A stretch of 64,000 nucleotides of DNA from Blastocladiella emersonii ATCC 22665 (Eukaryota > Fungi > Blastocladiomycota), in NCBI GenBank assembly GCA_025594325.1, contig JANHCV010000001.1:1860001-1924000 (forward strand), given 5' to 3'. The position numbers and the translations under genes were made by a program. This document shows positions 52,172 to 64,000 of this stretch, piece by piece; position 1 is the stretch's first letter; every line of letters begins with the position of its first letter. The notes under the pieces are model-generated. The model had not been told where the DNA came from. It searched no databases and worked only from the letters and a program-made list of their open reading frames with translations.

Positions 52172-55032
52172 ATGACGGCACCCGCGGCATCGGCGCCGCT
52201 CGTGTACCCGCCGCTCAAGCAGACGGCCGAGGTGCAGTGGGAGGCCCCGCTCGGCGCCCACATTGCGTCGGCGTACGGCGACGAGCCCGCCAAGTACGCG
52301 CGCGAGATCGGCACCCTGTACAAGCTGCGCCAGGACATGCGCGGCGCCGCGTCGACCGCCGACGCGACCGGCCGCGACCTGCTGCTCAAGTACTACGGCC
52401 AGCTCGAGTTTGTCGAGCTGCACTTCCCCATTGACGAGGGACAGGTCGATGTGCACTTTGAGTGGTACGCATGGTCTCGGTTGCTGTGACACACCGGCAC
52501 TCACGCTTATCCAACGAGTGTAGGCTCGACGCCTTCTCCAACGAGCCGACGGTCCAGGCCTCGCTCGCCTACGAAAAGGCCAGCGTCATCTTCAACATCG
52601 GCGCCGTGGTCGCGCGCCTCGCCGCGGCTACCCCGCGCGACGTGAAGCGCTCGTACCACAACCTGCAGGTCGCCGCTGGCATCTTCCAGTACATCAACGA
52701 CAACTTCCTGCACGCGCCGACCAAGGACCTCGGCCGCGACTGCATCAAGTTCCTGTCGGACCTGATGCTCGCGCAGGCCCAGGAGGTGCTGCTCGAGAAG
52801 ACGCTTGCCGACAAGCAGGGCAAGGTGACCAAAATGGCCGCCAAGATCGCCGCCGGCCTCGCCCACCAGTACACGCAGCTGCAGTCGACGGTCGCGCCCG
52901 GCACCAACCTCGCCTACTACCTCGACGCGCACCGCGCGCTCCCCGCCACTGTCGCCGTCAAGGCCAAGCTGTACACGGCCCACGCCAACCTGCACCGCGC
53001 CACGCTGCTCGAGGCCGACCTCGGGTACGGCGAGCTCCTCGCGCGCCTCGCCGTCGCCGTCGCCGAGGCCAAGGACGCCGTGCACCTCGCCAAGTCCGTC
53101 AACTCGGGCTCCTCGGCCGTCCTCGCCGCCGAGGGCGGGCCCGCGCTGCAGGAAATGGCCAAGTCGACGCTCGCCATCGCTAACGAGTTCCTCGCGCGCG
53201 CCACCAAGGACAACGACGTCATCTACCACGCGTCGGTGGTCGCGCGCGACGCGCTCCCGCCGCTCGACCAGCTCGTGATTCCCGAGCGCCTCGGGTTCGA
53301 CCACATCCTGCCCGGCGGTGCCGCCGAGTTCCAGGCCCTCGTCGGCAACGACGTGTTCGCCACCCTCATCCCCATGGCCGTCCACGAAAAGGCCAGCGTC
53401 TACTCGGAGCAGAAGGCCCAGGTCCTGCGCAAGGCCGTCGAGACGGCCCAGGTCCTCGACGCCGAGGTCGCGTCTGCGCTCAACGTGCTCGGGTTCCCCG
53501 CCGCCCTCGAGAAGCTCTCGGCGGCCGCCGGGTCAGTCGCCGTGGAGTCGGAGCTTCCACCCGAGGCCGAGGCCATGGGCCGCGATATCCTCGGTGGCGA
53601 GGTCCCCGACCTGTACGCGACCCTGAAATCCATGACGGGCGAGCTGCAGTCGCAGGTCGACGCGATCCAGGCCCTACTCGACGCCGACCAGGCCACCGAC
53701 GACCGCCACCGCGCGGCTCTCGGCGCCGACTGGACCCTCGCGCCGTCGGCCCAGCTGCCGCAGCGCCGCGCGCTCCAGGCGCTCGCGACCGAGGTCCAGG
53801 CGGCCATTGCGCGCGACGCGGCCGTGTACGCCGAGCACGAGCGGGTCGTCAACTCGCCCGGTCTCGCGCCGCTGCGCCGTGGGAGCGGCGGTGCGGGCAG
53901 CGCGGCGGCGGGCGGGTCCCTCCTCGACGTGGAGAACGGCGAGGGCGATTTCGGGTCCATGGTGCAGCAGCTGCGCGAGCACGTGGCGACGCTCAACAAG
54001 CTCAAGCGCGAGCGCGCGACGCTGCTGGGCGAGCTCAAGACCAAGATCCACACGGACGACATCTCGGACCTGCTGGTGCTCAACGCCAAGCAGAACATTG
54101 ACGACCACATTTTCCGGTCCGAGCTGGCCAAGTTTGCCCAGTACACGGAGACGCTGTGCGCCAACGGCGCCAGCACGCGCGCCGCGGTGCAGAGCGTCCA
54201 GGCCGCGTGGAAGACCACGGCCGCGCACCCGCGCGCGCGCCGCGTCCAGGACGCCGAGGCGAGCCGCGGCCGCCTCCTCCAGGACGTGCGCGACGCGTTT
54301 GCTCGGTTCAACGAGACCAAGCGCAAGCTCGTTGCCGGGATCGACGCGGCGTCGGAGCTCCAGGACCGCGCCGCCCTCATCCAGCGCGAGGTTGCTGGGG
54401 TTGTCGACCGCCGCCAGCGCGACGCCGCCGCATGCGAGGCCAAGTTCAAGGCCAACACGGCGCAGCGCGACCAGGACCTCATGCGCGCGCAGCTCGCGCG
54501 CATGGGCCTCAACTCGCCCTCCCCCGCGCCCGCGTCCCCGCAGGGCCAGGCTGCGCCCCCGCCGCCCCTTCCGCCGCGCGGGCCCGCGCCGGCATACCCG
54601 TCGACCAGCATGTACACGGGCGGCCAGGCGCCGGCGCCGGCCGCCGGTGCTCCGCCAGCGGCGTACGGCCAGCAGCCGTACCACCCGCCAACATACGGGC
54701 ACTACGCCGCTGCGACCCCGCCCCCGCCTCAGCACCCGCCCCAGTACAACTACGGCGCACCCGCCGCGCCCGTGGTGCCCGGCGCGTATCCCGGGTACGG
54801 CAACGCGCCGCAGTACGGGTACCAGCCGCCACCGCAGCAGCAGCACCAGGCGCCGCCGCCGCCCGGCGGGATGCCCATGTACGCGCCGTACGTCGGGTAC
54901 GCCCAACAGCAGCCTCCCGCACAGCAGCAGCCGCCAGCAGGGCCGTACGGCGCGTATCCTCAGCAGCAGCAGCAACCGCCCCAGCAGCAGGCGCAGCAGT
55001 GGCCGCCGCGGCCGGGGAACCTGCTCGACTGA
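52172..55032 (+). CDS. BRO1: BRO1-domain ESCRT accessory protein (Bro1/ALIX family)
   Basis: PPLKQT, LLKYYGQL, FEW|LDAF, SLAYEKASVIFNIGA, KDNDVIYH, HEKASVYSEQKA and a Pro/Gln/Tyr-rich tail. Intron 52465-52523. Confidence 0.88.
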
Positions 55033-55486
55033 GCTGGCGATGGCCACCGGACTTTACGGAGGGAAGAATACACGCGCGTGTTGGCCGTCAGAGCGTGGGA
55101 ACGCAGCGATCAGCGGGGCGGGCGCAAGGGCCCACGCGGGCACTCGAGCTCCAGCTCGAGCTCGCCCCTTCCGCCTCGGCCACCCAATCGGGAACGCATG
55201 CATGCATCGAGCGAGAACATCGTGCAACACGTCGCCAGCATCGTCCTGAAGTTGCATGTTTGACGTGGAGCAGCGCGCGAGTGTGACGTGGTGCTGGCGT
55301 GAAAAGGGAGCGCGAGCGTGAGAGCGTTGTGGCAGGCGCGTCGCCATGCAGGCGCGCGCGTCCATCAGCGACCTTCTCCTCCCTCGCCCCTTCTCCTTCT
55401 CTGTCCACGCTCTCCATGTAAGCTCGCCCACGTCTCCGCTCGGCAAGCGCTTGAAACCCTCCTCCCTCGATCGACCATCGACCACC

Positions 55487-57553
55487 ATGCCGCAACCCTC
55501 GCCGCCGCCACGACTCCTGCCGCGGCCACGGAGACGCACCCTCGCCGCTGCCGTCGCCTCGATCGCGGTCTGCGCCACCTGCCTCGCCCTCTCGGCTGCC
55601 GCGCCTGCCGCTGCTGCTTCGAACGTCTCGCTACCAGCAACCGCCGCTCCGACCTCGTCGCCGCCGCCATGGTCCGCGCTGTACCGCCGTCGGCCTGACA
55701 CTGGCGTGGCCGCGTCTGCGTCCAACTCGAGCGCGCGACATTCGGACTCCGCCAACTCCAAGTGGCCGTGCTTCGGGCCGTGCCTCAACAACTCGACGTG
55801 CAACGAGTTGACGGGATGGTGCACCTGCGTAGACCAGCCGCGCAGCACCGACCCGTCGAAGCCCAAGCGGTACACGCCGCCGTCGCGCAACTGCGGGCTC
55901 TTCGGGCTCGAGGCCATGAACCAGACGTGGCTCGCCGCGACCAAGTGGATCGTCGGCGTGCTCTTCTCGTCCCTCGCCTTCCTGCCCGCGCACCAGGTCG
56001 CCCTGCACGTCTACCGCCAGCCCACGGGCGCGCCCTACTCCAAGACCCTGCTGCTGCGCATCGCCCTGTACGCCGCCATCGCCGTCCTCGCCATTGCGCG
56101 CGCCGTCCACTACAACGTCGACACGTACGGGCTCGCCGGCGTCCTTCCGCGCCTCGTCAACCGCTTCTTCTTCACGGGCGTCTCCACCGCCGTCTTCTCC
56201 ATCTTCACCGGCACACTCGTGCTCTGGCTCGGCGATATCACCAGCTCGCACCATCTCAGCCATCACGCCGCCGTCCCGCCCACGCCGACCTCGCCAACTA
56301 GTTTGGGGGCGTGCTCGCCGCACAGCGCGTACCGCAGCCACGCGCAGCGCATCTTTGCGCGGTCGTGCCTCGTCTTCGCCATGGCGAATGCCGTAATGTG
56401 GGGGCTCGAGATCACCTTCATGATCACGGTCGAGTCGCAGCCCGACCACATCCGCCTCGCCACGCTCATCCTGACGGGCGCCTACCTCGCCATCTCGGCG
56501 GGGCTCGCCCTCGGCGTCGCGGCCATCTCCCGCCACTTTGACGCGTGCCACGCCCCGACCCCGCAGCTGCAGGACATTCTCGTCGTCCCCTACAAGCCGG
56601 GCGAGACGTCGATCCTCGATGTCGTCGTGCGCCACCGCCAGCGGCCCATCTAGCCGCTACCCAACCGGCTGATCCGCGTCGCCACCTGCACCATCCTCGC
56701 GTCGTGCTCCCTCCGCATCCTCCTCGTGTGGCCCAACCTCCTGCGCGTCCGCAACCCCGATATCTGGCTTGCCAACCAGCTGGGCCTCCGCCTCCTCGAG
56801 TACACGACGTTTGCTGTCCTCACCTACGCCCTCGTCGTCATCCCGTGCAAGGAAAAGGTCCCCGTGCCCTCGGCAACCACGCTCGACCGCAACGGCGGCC
56901 CGCCCACGTCCAGCAGCGGCGTGTGCGCGCTGTTCGCCGACGGCCACGGGCAGTCCGGGTTCGCATCGATGCCGTCGTCGCCCACGGTCGCGAGCCCGCG
57001 CCGCGATACCCACCAGCTGCAGCCCGTCCCGCCGAGTACGGCAGCGGCGAGCACCCACGCCAAGCCCGCGCTCCCCGGCTCCGTCGACAGCTTCGAGCAC
57101 CTGTACTGGCTGACGCACGGCGTGCACGTCGGCTCGCTCGAGCGCACCCGCGACCGCGAGCGGGATTGCCAGCCCGCGCGCCCCGCGCCCGCCGTCCCGA
57201 ACCCGCGCTCGCCCGTCGTGCCCGACTTTGCGCACGCGTTTGACCGGCCGGGCGCCACCCGCGTCGTGTCCGGCGGGAACGTGGTGCCGCCGACGGCCGC
57301 GCTGGGCGTGTACACCTCGGCCCGCCCCGCCGCCGCCGAAGAACCGCGCCGGTCGCGCCTCCAGGTCGCGCCGCCCGGCGGCGAGCTCCAGGGCTGGCAA
57401 CCACGGCACGCCTCGACGACGGCAGCGGCGGGCAGCGGGGGCAGGAGCAGGAGCAGGAGTACCAGCCGCCAGCGGTCGCTCCCGCGGCGGCCCAACTCGG
57501 CGAATACCGAGGACGACGAGCCGTGGCGCGCCAAGGGGCCCATCGCGTGGTAG
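55487..57553 (+). CDS. Signal peptide + EGF-like + 7TM receptor-like protein (paralog B), interrupted by an in-frame TAG at 56651-56653
   Basis: CFGPCLNNSTCNELTGWCTC...PPSRNCG module; five TM segments before the TAG and two after it in the same frame; homologous to 14177-16384. Confidence 0.7.
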
Positions 57554-57705
57554 ATGAGAGTTTATTTCCGTGTATATATCAATTTTGTGTACCCTCGAGG
57601 GCGCTGAGTCGAGTCAGCCTGCGCGGCCGATGAACAACGCGTCGTGTCACACGAGTGGCGTCTCAACAAGGATCCGGCGCCTGCGCGAGGCTCGCTCTCC
57701 ATCGC

Positions 57706-58203
57706 ATGTATCCCAACCACACAATGAACGCAAACGACTCCCCGCAACGCGGCCAGCAGCCGCGCGCCAAGTGGGTCAAGGACCCGGACGCCCTCCCGCT
57801 CCGGTCGTCGCCGCCCGCGAGCGGCGAGCCGGAGCTGCGACCGATGGCGGCGGAGCCTGCTGCTCCCAAACCCATCGGCTCTACCACCTCCAACACCAGC
57901 GCTTCATCACAGCAGCCGCGGTACCAGCCGCAACCGCAGTGGACCAGCCCGTTCGCGTTCCGCCTGCCGCGCCTGACACCCGCCCAGGTCGCGCTCATCA
58001 ACCGGTACTCGGGGTACGGGTGGACCGGGCTGATTGTCGCGTGTGGAATCGGAGTGGCCATGGGTACGGTTTGCGTTGCGGGTGTGAGAGGTGGTGTTGG
58101 GGGTGCTCACGCGCGGAGGGGTGTAGGGTACGAGAGCAAGGTACTGACGGGCAACAAGCTCGGCAAAGAGGACGAGCCAATGGCCAAGAGCGGGACTGCG
58201 TAA
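57706..58203 (+). CDS. Hypothetical small single-TM protein
   Basis: Pro/Gln-rich N-terminus and one hydrophobic segment (YGWTGLIVACGIGVAM); probable intron 58064-58126 (GTACGG...GTGTAG). Confidence 0.45.
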   Translation: MYPNHTMNANDSPQRGQQPRAKWVKDPDALPLRSSPPASGEPELRPMAAEPAAPKPIGSTTSNTSASSQQPRYQPQPQWTSPFAFRLPRLTPAQVALINRYSGYGWTGLIVACGIGVAMGTVCVAGVRGGVGGAHARRGVGYESKVLTGNKLGKEDEPMAKSGTA

Positions 58204-58527
58204 GCACAGAGATGAAGAACGGGAATACACGGGCGCAACGCCCAAAGGTTTTGGTTACCCACCTTCGAGTCCTGGGCCTCACGCGACCGCGCTTTTGGCG
58301 GAGCTCGTTTGTCGGCTCGAGTCTCCGTCGCTCACTTAAGTCCCATCGCCGACGTCTGAACGTAAACCTCACAGGTGCGGCCGACTGGAAAAGAGATCGG
58401 CGCGCGACGCGTCTCACAGTCACGCGGATCAGCTGATCCTAAGGAGACGCGTCGTTCACGCGTTTTGGGCGTCGATTTCGTCCCCGAACGTCTTTTCTCC
58501 ACCCAGACCAAGCACGCTGCAACGCAA

Positions 58528-60202
58528 ATGGATCTCTCACTCATCGAAGGCGTGTCGTCGGAGGTGCTCGCGCAGTTTGCGCGGTACGCGGACGCGCACG
58601 AGCTGTACCCGCTGGTGCAGGACCTGCTGCGCAAGGTGGTTGTGGCCAAGCCGGCGGACCCGCTGCTGTGGATGGCCAATGAGCTGGAGCGGAAGCCGGG
58701 TATGACGAAGCTGCGAGGGTGAGCGAGGAAGGTGAGCTGACGGAGGAGCGTGGTCTAGTTCCGTCGATTGTGATTCTCGCGCCGCCGACCATGGACGAGA
58801 ACGGGCTGGTACGCGTATGAGCAACACAAGCGGGAGGTAGACAACTCAAGAGCGTGAGTGTAGGCCAAGTCGCTCGCCAACGCGACCAACGCGGTGCACA
58901 TCTCGGCGACGGCGCTGCTGCGGACGGCCGTGGAGCGCAAGACGAGTCTCGGGATGCAGGCGCTGCCGGCCATGTCCAAGAACGCGCTAGTCCCCGACCG
59001 CGTGATGCTTGAGCTCGTACTCATGCGGCTCGAGCAGCCAGACGCCGTGGACCGCGGCTGGGTCCTCGACGGGTTCCCGCGGACGCGCGACCAAGCCGTT
59101 GGCCTGCAGCGGCGCGGGATCCTGCCCTCCAACGTCATCATCCTCGATCTGCCCGACCCCGCCCTCGTCGCGCGCGCCGCACACATCCACACGGACCCGG
59201 TGACCAACACCGAGTACGACCTGCACGACGCGGACCGCGCCGCGGCGCTCGCGCCCGAGATCCGCGCGCGGCTCGTCCACAAGGGCGCGCTCAGCGAGGC
59301 TGCCGTCACCGACCGCCTCGCCGTGTACCGGCGCCACCTCCCAGGAATCCTCGCCGCGTTCCCGGCCCACGCGCGGATCGCGGTCAGCGGCGGCAGCGCC
59401 GTGTCGCGCGGAACCAAGGACGCGGTCGCGCGCGCGCTCCAGGTCCGCCGCCCGATCCCGAGTATGGGGAGTACTGGGTTCCTCCGGCTGCTCGTGTGCG
59501 GCGGCGACGCGGCCACCCGCGACGCCGTGTGCCGGCAGCTCGAGGACCGCACGTTCTTCTTCGTCTACGGTACGCGGTTGCGGGCAATGCGGTGAGGGAT
59601 GGACGCGACTGACGCTGCTGGGTAGTCTCGCCGCACCGTATCTTCACTGAGGAGATCAGCCGGCGCGGGCCCAACGCCGAACGGTTCCACCAGGTCCTCA
59701 AGGGCGAGGTCAATCGTACGTTCCCCGGAAGCACCTCGCGCTGAGAGCAGCACTGACACGCCAACGCAACGTAGTGACGGACGCCGAGCTCCTTGCCCTC
59801 CTTGAGTCGCGCACGTCGGCCAAGGACTGCGCCGAGCGCGGGTGGGTGCTGAGCTCGCCGCGCGAGTGGACGGCGGCGCAGGTCGCGGGCATCGCCAAGA
59901 CGCTGCACCCGTCGCGCGTGCTCATCTTGCCCAACACGGCGCCCGACGTGCGCGCCGCCGTCGAGGCCGCGTTCCAGCACCCGGTCCATCCGTACTTTGT
60001 TCCCGCCAGCGGCGCCGCCGCACTCGCTACGCCGCCGCCCACGCAGTGCCTCCAGGACGTCGAGATGCTTGCGCCCGGCGAGGACGGCGGAGCAGGTGAG
60101 GCGCCGGCGGCGGGCGAGGCAAGTGACCCGGCCCGCGTCGCTGAGCGCGTCCGACAGCTCCTACTGCGGCCGATCGAGTACAAGGTGCCCCGGCTCGAGT
60201 AG
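58528..60202 (+). CDS. AK8: Adenylate kinase 8-like axonemal protein (Dpy-30/RIIa-like N-terminus, two AK-like domains)
   Basis: QDLLRKVVVAKPADPLLWM docking motif, LVPDRVMLEL, GWVLDGFPRTRDQA, DPVTNTEY; second repeat DCAERGWVLSSPR. Introns 58700-58758, 58809-58863, 59570-59625, 59717-59774. Confidence 0.75.
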
Positions 60203-60416
60203 CGCGCGATCGTTGAGTGTAATGCATTGGGTTTTCGTCGAGCACGGGAGCGGGGACACGCGCAGAGTTGAAGTGAGTCCGTCCTCTCGGTGAGCGACGC
60301 GTCACCGCCGACCGACCATCGCCTTCGCTGCTCGTTCTCTGCCGCTTCTGTGCTGCAAGCTTGACAACACCGCGACGGAGCACACGCATCGACACGGACC
60401 CCCTGCAACGCGCACC

Positions 60417-62334
60417 ATGGCCGTCGACAAGAAGACCCAGAAATACGACCGCCAGCTCCGGTGCGTCGCCGCCGCCGCCCTCACGACGATGAACCCAACC
60501 CGCGCTGATCACCCTCACATCTAGCCTGTGGCAGGCGCACGGACAGGCCGCGCTCGAGCGCGCGCACGTCTGCCTCGTCAACGGCACCGCGACGGGCACC
60601 GAGGTGCTCAAGAACCTGGTCCTCCCCGGCGTCGGCGCCTTCACCGTCGTCGACGGCAGCACCGTGACGCCGGCCGACATCGGCAACAACTTCTTCGTGA
60701 AGCCCGCGCACCTCGGCCAGAACCGCGCCAAGGTGGTGTCGGCGCTGCTCGGCGAGCTCAACGAGGACGTGGACGCGCGGTTCGTCGCCGAGGACGTGGC
60801 CGAGCTGGTCCACCGCAACCCGGCCTTCTTCCACGCCTTCTCGCTCGTCGTCGTGACGGGCCGCGTCCCCATGCCCACGCTGCTCGCCCTCGACGCCGAG
60901 TGCTGGCCGCGCGGCATTCCGCTGCTCGTCCTGCGCAACGCCGGGTTCGCCGCGTCGCTGCGCTCGGTCCTCCGCGCCCACCACGTCGTCGAGCTGCACC
61001 CGGACTCGCCCGCACGCGACCTGCGCCTCGCCGACCCCTGGCCCGAGCTCGTCGCCTTTGTCGACGGGTTCAAGGACTTTGACGCCATGTCCAGCGCCGA
61101 GCTCACCCACGTCCCCTACCCGGTCATCCTCCTCCGCGTCTACCGCCAGTGGCGCGCCAAGGTCGGTAACGATGCGCCCAACTCGGGCTTCCGCGCCTAC
61201 CTGACCGCTGAGAAGGAACGCCACGCCGAGCGCCTCGTCGCTGTCGTCACGGCCCAGCTCCAGAAGGACGCCAAGGCCGACGGCGGCGCTGCCGGCGATG
61301 TCAGCGAGGCCGCCCTCGCTACAGCCACGGCTACCACGTCCGACCTCGAGAACTGGGACGAGGCTATCGCCAACGCCTACCACGCCTACTCGCGCCCGTC
61401 CGTCGACAGCGCTGTCACCAAGCTGTTCGAGTACCTGCCCGCCGCCGACGCTGGCGAGGACGCGGCCACGTCCGAGTCCACCGAGAGCAAGCTCGCGGAC
61501 CTCGTGGCCCCCGAGGCCGCGGCGTCGGGCGGCGTCATGAGCACGCGGCCCGCGACCTTCTGGTCGCTCGTCGGCGCCCTGCGCGCGTTCCTCGCGCAGT
61601 CGGGCGGCCAGCTGCCCCTACGCGGCGTCGTCCCGGACATGAAGGCGGACACCACGACGTACGTGGCCATGCAGCGCACCTACCGTGCCAAGGCCGCCGC
61701 CGACCTGGCCTCGCTCCGCGCGCTGCTCAAGCCCATCACCGTCGGCGGCGTCACGGCGACCCCCGACGCGGTCGACGACGACGCCCTCGCGCAGTTTGCC
61801 CGCAACGCCAACTACCTCCGGCTCGTCACCACGCCGTCGCTGCGCGACGAGTACACGCGCGCGCACCCGGACCGAGTCCGCGACCTCACGTCCGAGATGC
61901 CCGCCAACGAGCTCGCGGTCCTCGTCCTGTTCCGCGCCGTCGACTACTTCTACGCCGCGCACCGCCGCTGGCCCGGCGACCACGCCGAGGAGTTTGACGG
62001 CGACGCCGCCCAGCTGCGCATCGCGGTCCGCGACGCCCTGCGCGCGCTCGCCCACGGCGCACCGCTCCCCGCCGAGATTGCTTCGGGGGATGCGGCCGTC
62101 GCGGAGCCCTCGCCGTCCGCCGCCGATACCCCGATCCCGACGCCCAGCATCAACCTCGACGACTGGGTCCACGAGTTTGTCCGCGCGGGCCCCGCCGAGC
62201 TCCACGGCGTCGCCGCGTACATGGGCGGCGTCGCGGCCCAGGAGGCCATCAAGCTGATCACGTCCCAGTACCTCCCCATGGCCGGCACATACGTCTACAA
62301 CGCTATTGCCAGCCAGTCGTCGGTCATTGCTTGA
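60417..62334 (+). CDS. NAE1: NEDD8-activating enzyme E1 regulatory subunit (APPBP1/Ula1)
   Basis: KYDRQLR|LWQAHGQAALE, TEVLKNLVLPGVG, DLRLADPWPEL, LPLRGVVPDMKADT and GGVAAQEAIKLITSQY motifs. Intron 60461-60524. Confidence 0.95.
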
Positions 62335-62497
62335 GGTCGGTGCGGTCGCGCGTGTGTACAGTGTGGAAGGCGGGAACGGACGATGATATCCAAAGCGGTT
62401 TTTTCTTCATGACACACAAACGGGACAGGAGCGGGAGGGGTATGTGCAAGAGTTTTGGGTGTGAGGGTAGGGTGTGTGCATGCAGAAGGTGAAGCGA

Positions 62498-64000
62498 CTA
62501 CGCGTCCGCGTCGCTGTCCGAGTCCTCGACGTCGACCACCTCGCTCGCGGCGGGGCGGACGTGCTCGAACGGCTTGGGCTTGATCGTCTGGGCGACCGGG
62601 ACCGGCTCAGCGGACACGGGCACGGGCACGGCGGCGGCGGCGGGCTCGGCGACGGGCAGCGTGGATGGCCGGCGGACCTTGGGCACCACGGGCTCCTCGG
62701 GCGGCGTTGCGCTTGCACTCGCGCTCGCGTCCTCGGCCTGCTCCTCCTCTTCCTCCTGCTCGTCCTCGTCCTCGTCCTCGTCCTCGGACACGTCGACACA
62801 CACAACCTCCGGGTGCGGGCGCGACGGCGGGATCGACGCGAGCAGCCGCATGTCCGCGATGGCGCGCGGCGGGAGCGCCGTGGGCGACGCGAGCGGGCCG
62901 ACGCCGTGGGTGCGGATCGCCGACGGGGACGCGGGCGGCGACGTGGTCACGACGAAGGGGCGGCGGGCGGGCGAGGCGGGTTTCTGCACCTCGAACTGGC
63001 GTGGCGGCGACGGCGCTGGCGCGGGAGCAGGGGCGGGTGGCGGCGAGGGCGGCCGTGGGTCGAGATCCATGGGGACGGGTTCCGCGGCTTCGGCCTCGTC
63101 CTCGTCTTCACTCACCACGACCGTCTCGCCGACGTCGAGCGCGAGATCCTCGCGCGGCGACGACGGGACGGCGAGTGCGGGCGCGCGCTGGCGACTCGGG
63201 GACGCCATACCGTGGTCGCCCGCGGCCGCCGGGGACGCGACGGGCCCAGCCGCGTCGCCGAGCACCATGACCTCGGGCGACTGCGGCTGCGGCTGCGGCG
63301 GCGGCGAGTGGCGCCACGCGAACGTCGGCGTGCACTCGTAGATCTCGGCGTCCTCGTCCTTGAGGCTAGCGAGGGACCGGGCGCGGGACGGCGCGGTGAC
63401 GGTGCGCAGCGGCGGCGGGGGCAGGGACGCGTGGCGCCGCTCCTGCTGCTGCTGCTGCTGCTTGGTGTCGTCGTCAGCGACGCCGGTACCGGCCGCGTCC
63501 GGGTGCGCCTCCCAGAAGCTGCGCTTCGGGCAGTGCTCGGTGCGGTGGCCGAACACGATGCACCGGTCACACCGGTGCTGGGTCTCGGACGGGCACCGGT
63601 ACGTGGCGTGGGCGTCGACGGCGAGGCAGTTGCCGCACACCTCGTGCGTCTGCGCGTGGCGGTTCTTGGGCGGCAGCGCGGGGCGCATCGACGTTAGCGC
63701 GTTGCCCCCTACCGCGGGCGTCGCGGGAGCCGAGGGGCGCGGCGGGAGCGCGGAAGATGCGCGGGTCGCGTCCTTGACGGCGTCGCGCACCGTCTCCTCG
63801 ATCATGTCGCGCACCGAGTCCTTGACAGCGTCGTGGACCGTGTCTTTGACCGTCTCGCGCACGGTATCGCGGACCGCGTCGCGCACCGTGTCCTTGACGA
63901 CGTCGCGCATCGCGTCCTGGATCCACGCGAGCACGCGGTCGGTCGTCTTGCTGATGATATCGCGGCGCACGTCCTCGAGGTCGTCCATGACCTTGCGCGT
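62498..64000 (-). CDS. Tandem CCHC zinc-knuckle protein with tetrad repeat; probably 5'-partial
   Basis: CGNCLAVDAHATYRC and CDRCIVFGHRTEHC (63530-63637). The frame stays open to the window edge (TRKVMDD); long Pro/acidic tail. Confidence 0.65.
   Translation of the reverse strand, partial: TRKVMDDLEDVRRDIISKTTDRVLAWIQDAMRDVVKDTVRDAVRDTVRETVKDTVHDAVKDSVRDMIEETVRDAVKDATRASSALPPRPSAPATPAVGGNALTSMRPALPPKNRHAQTHEVCGNCLAVDAHATYRCPSETQHRCDRCIVFGHRTEHCPKRSFWEAHPDAAGTGVADDDTKQQQQQQERRHASLPPPPLRTVTAPSRARSLASLKDEDAEIYECTPTFAWRHSPPPQPQPQSPEVMVLGDAAGPVASPAAAGDHGMASPSRQRAPALAVPSSPREDLALDVGETVVVSEDEDEAEAAEPVPMDLDPRPPSPPPAPAPAPAPSPPRQFEVQKPASPARRPFVVTTSPPASPSAIRTHGVGPLASPTALPPRAIADMRLLASIPPSRPHPEVVCVDVSEDEDEDEDEQEEEEEQAEDASASASATPPEEPVVPKVRRPSTLPVAEPAAAAVPVPVSAEPVPVAQTIKPKPFEHVRPAASEVVDVEDSDSDADA

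Noticed and set aside
102-55032. VPS20 and BRO1 (ESCRT), or HIS7 and PHA2 (amino-acid synthesis), as functional gene clusters
   Set aside because: They are separated by unrelated housekeeping genes, and co-occurrence is expected by chance in 64 kb.
35330-56653. Two in-frame TAGs as evidence of UAG codon reassignment
   Set aside because: TAG is the normal terminator of several conserved genes here (VPS20, p24, YOS1, HSP104, UTP14).
1-64000. tRNA, rRNA, CRISPR arrays, LTRs or telomeric repeats
   Set aside because: None recognisable by eye. tRNAscan-SE/Infernal would be needed to exclude small ncRNAs.

Overview
Gene-dense, very GC-rich eukaryotic DNA with short spliceosomal introns (mostly 55-80 nt; GTRYGY/GTCCGY...CTRAC...YAG). 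The gene content is fungal (HIS7, CYM1, HSP104, YOS1, NHA1, AA11 LPMO) and includes flagellar genes (CFAP119-like, AK8-like), so the host is inferred to be a zoosporic fungus (blastoclad- or chytrid-like). About 30 protein-coding genes were reconstructed by hand-splicing, most of them housekeeping. The accessory block at about 32.5-38.5 kb holds two elements. One is a Fanzor1-type (eukaryotic TnpB, RNA-guided RuvC) locus with all three catalytic motifs, a frameshift in the zinc finger and an unusual N-terminal extension. Directly upstream is a complete 2441-bp PIF/Harbinger transposon with perfect 15-bp TIRs and a TAA TSD. Other notable items are an LRR-TM receptor-like gene with a non-kinase cytoplasmic domain and LRR-modular exons, and two paralogous EGF-7TM receptor-like genes 40 kb apart, one interrupted by a single in-frame TAG. 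All family calls come from motif recognition by eye; no database search was run.
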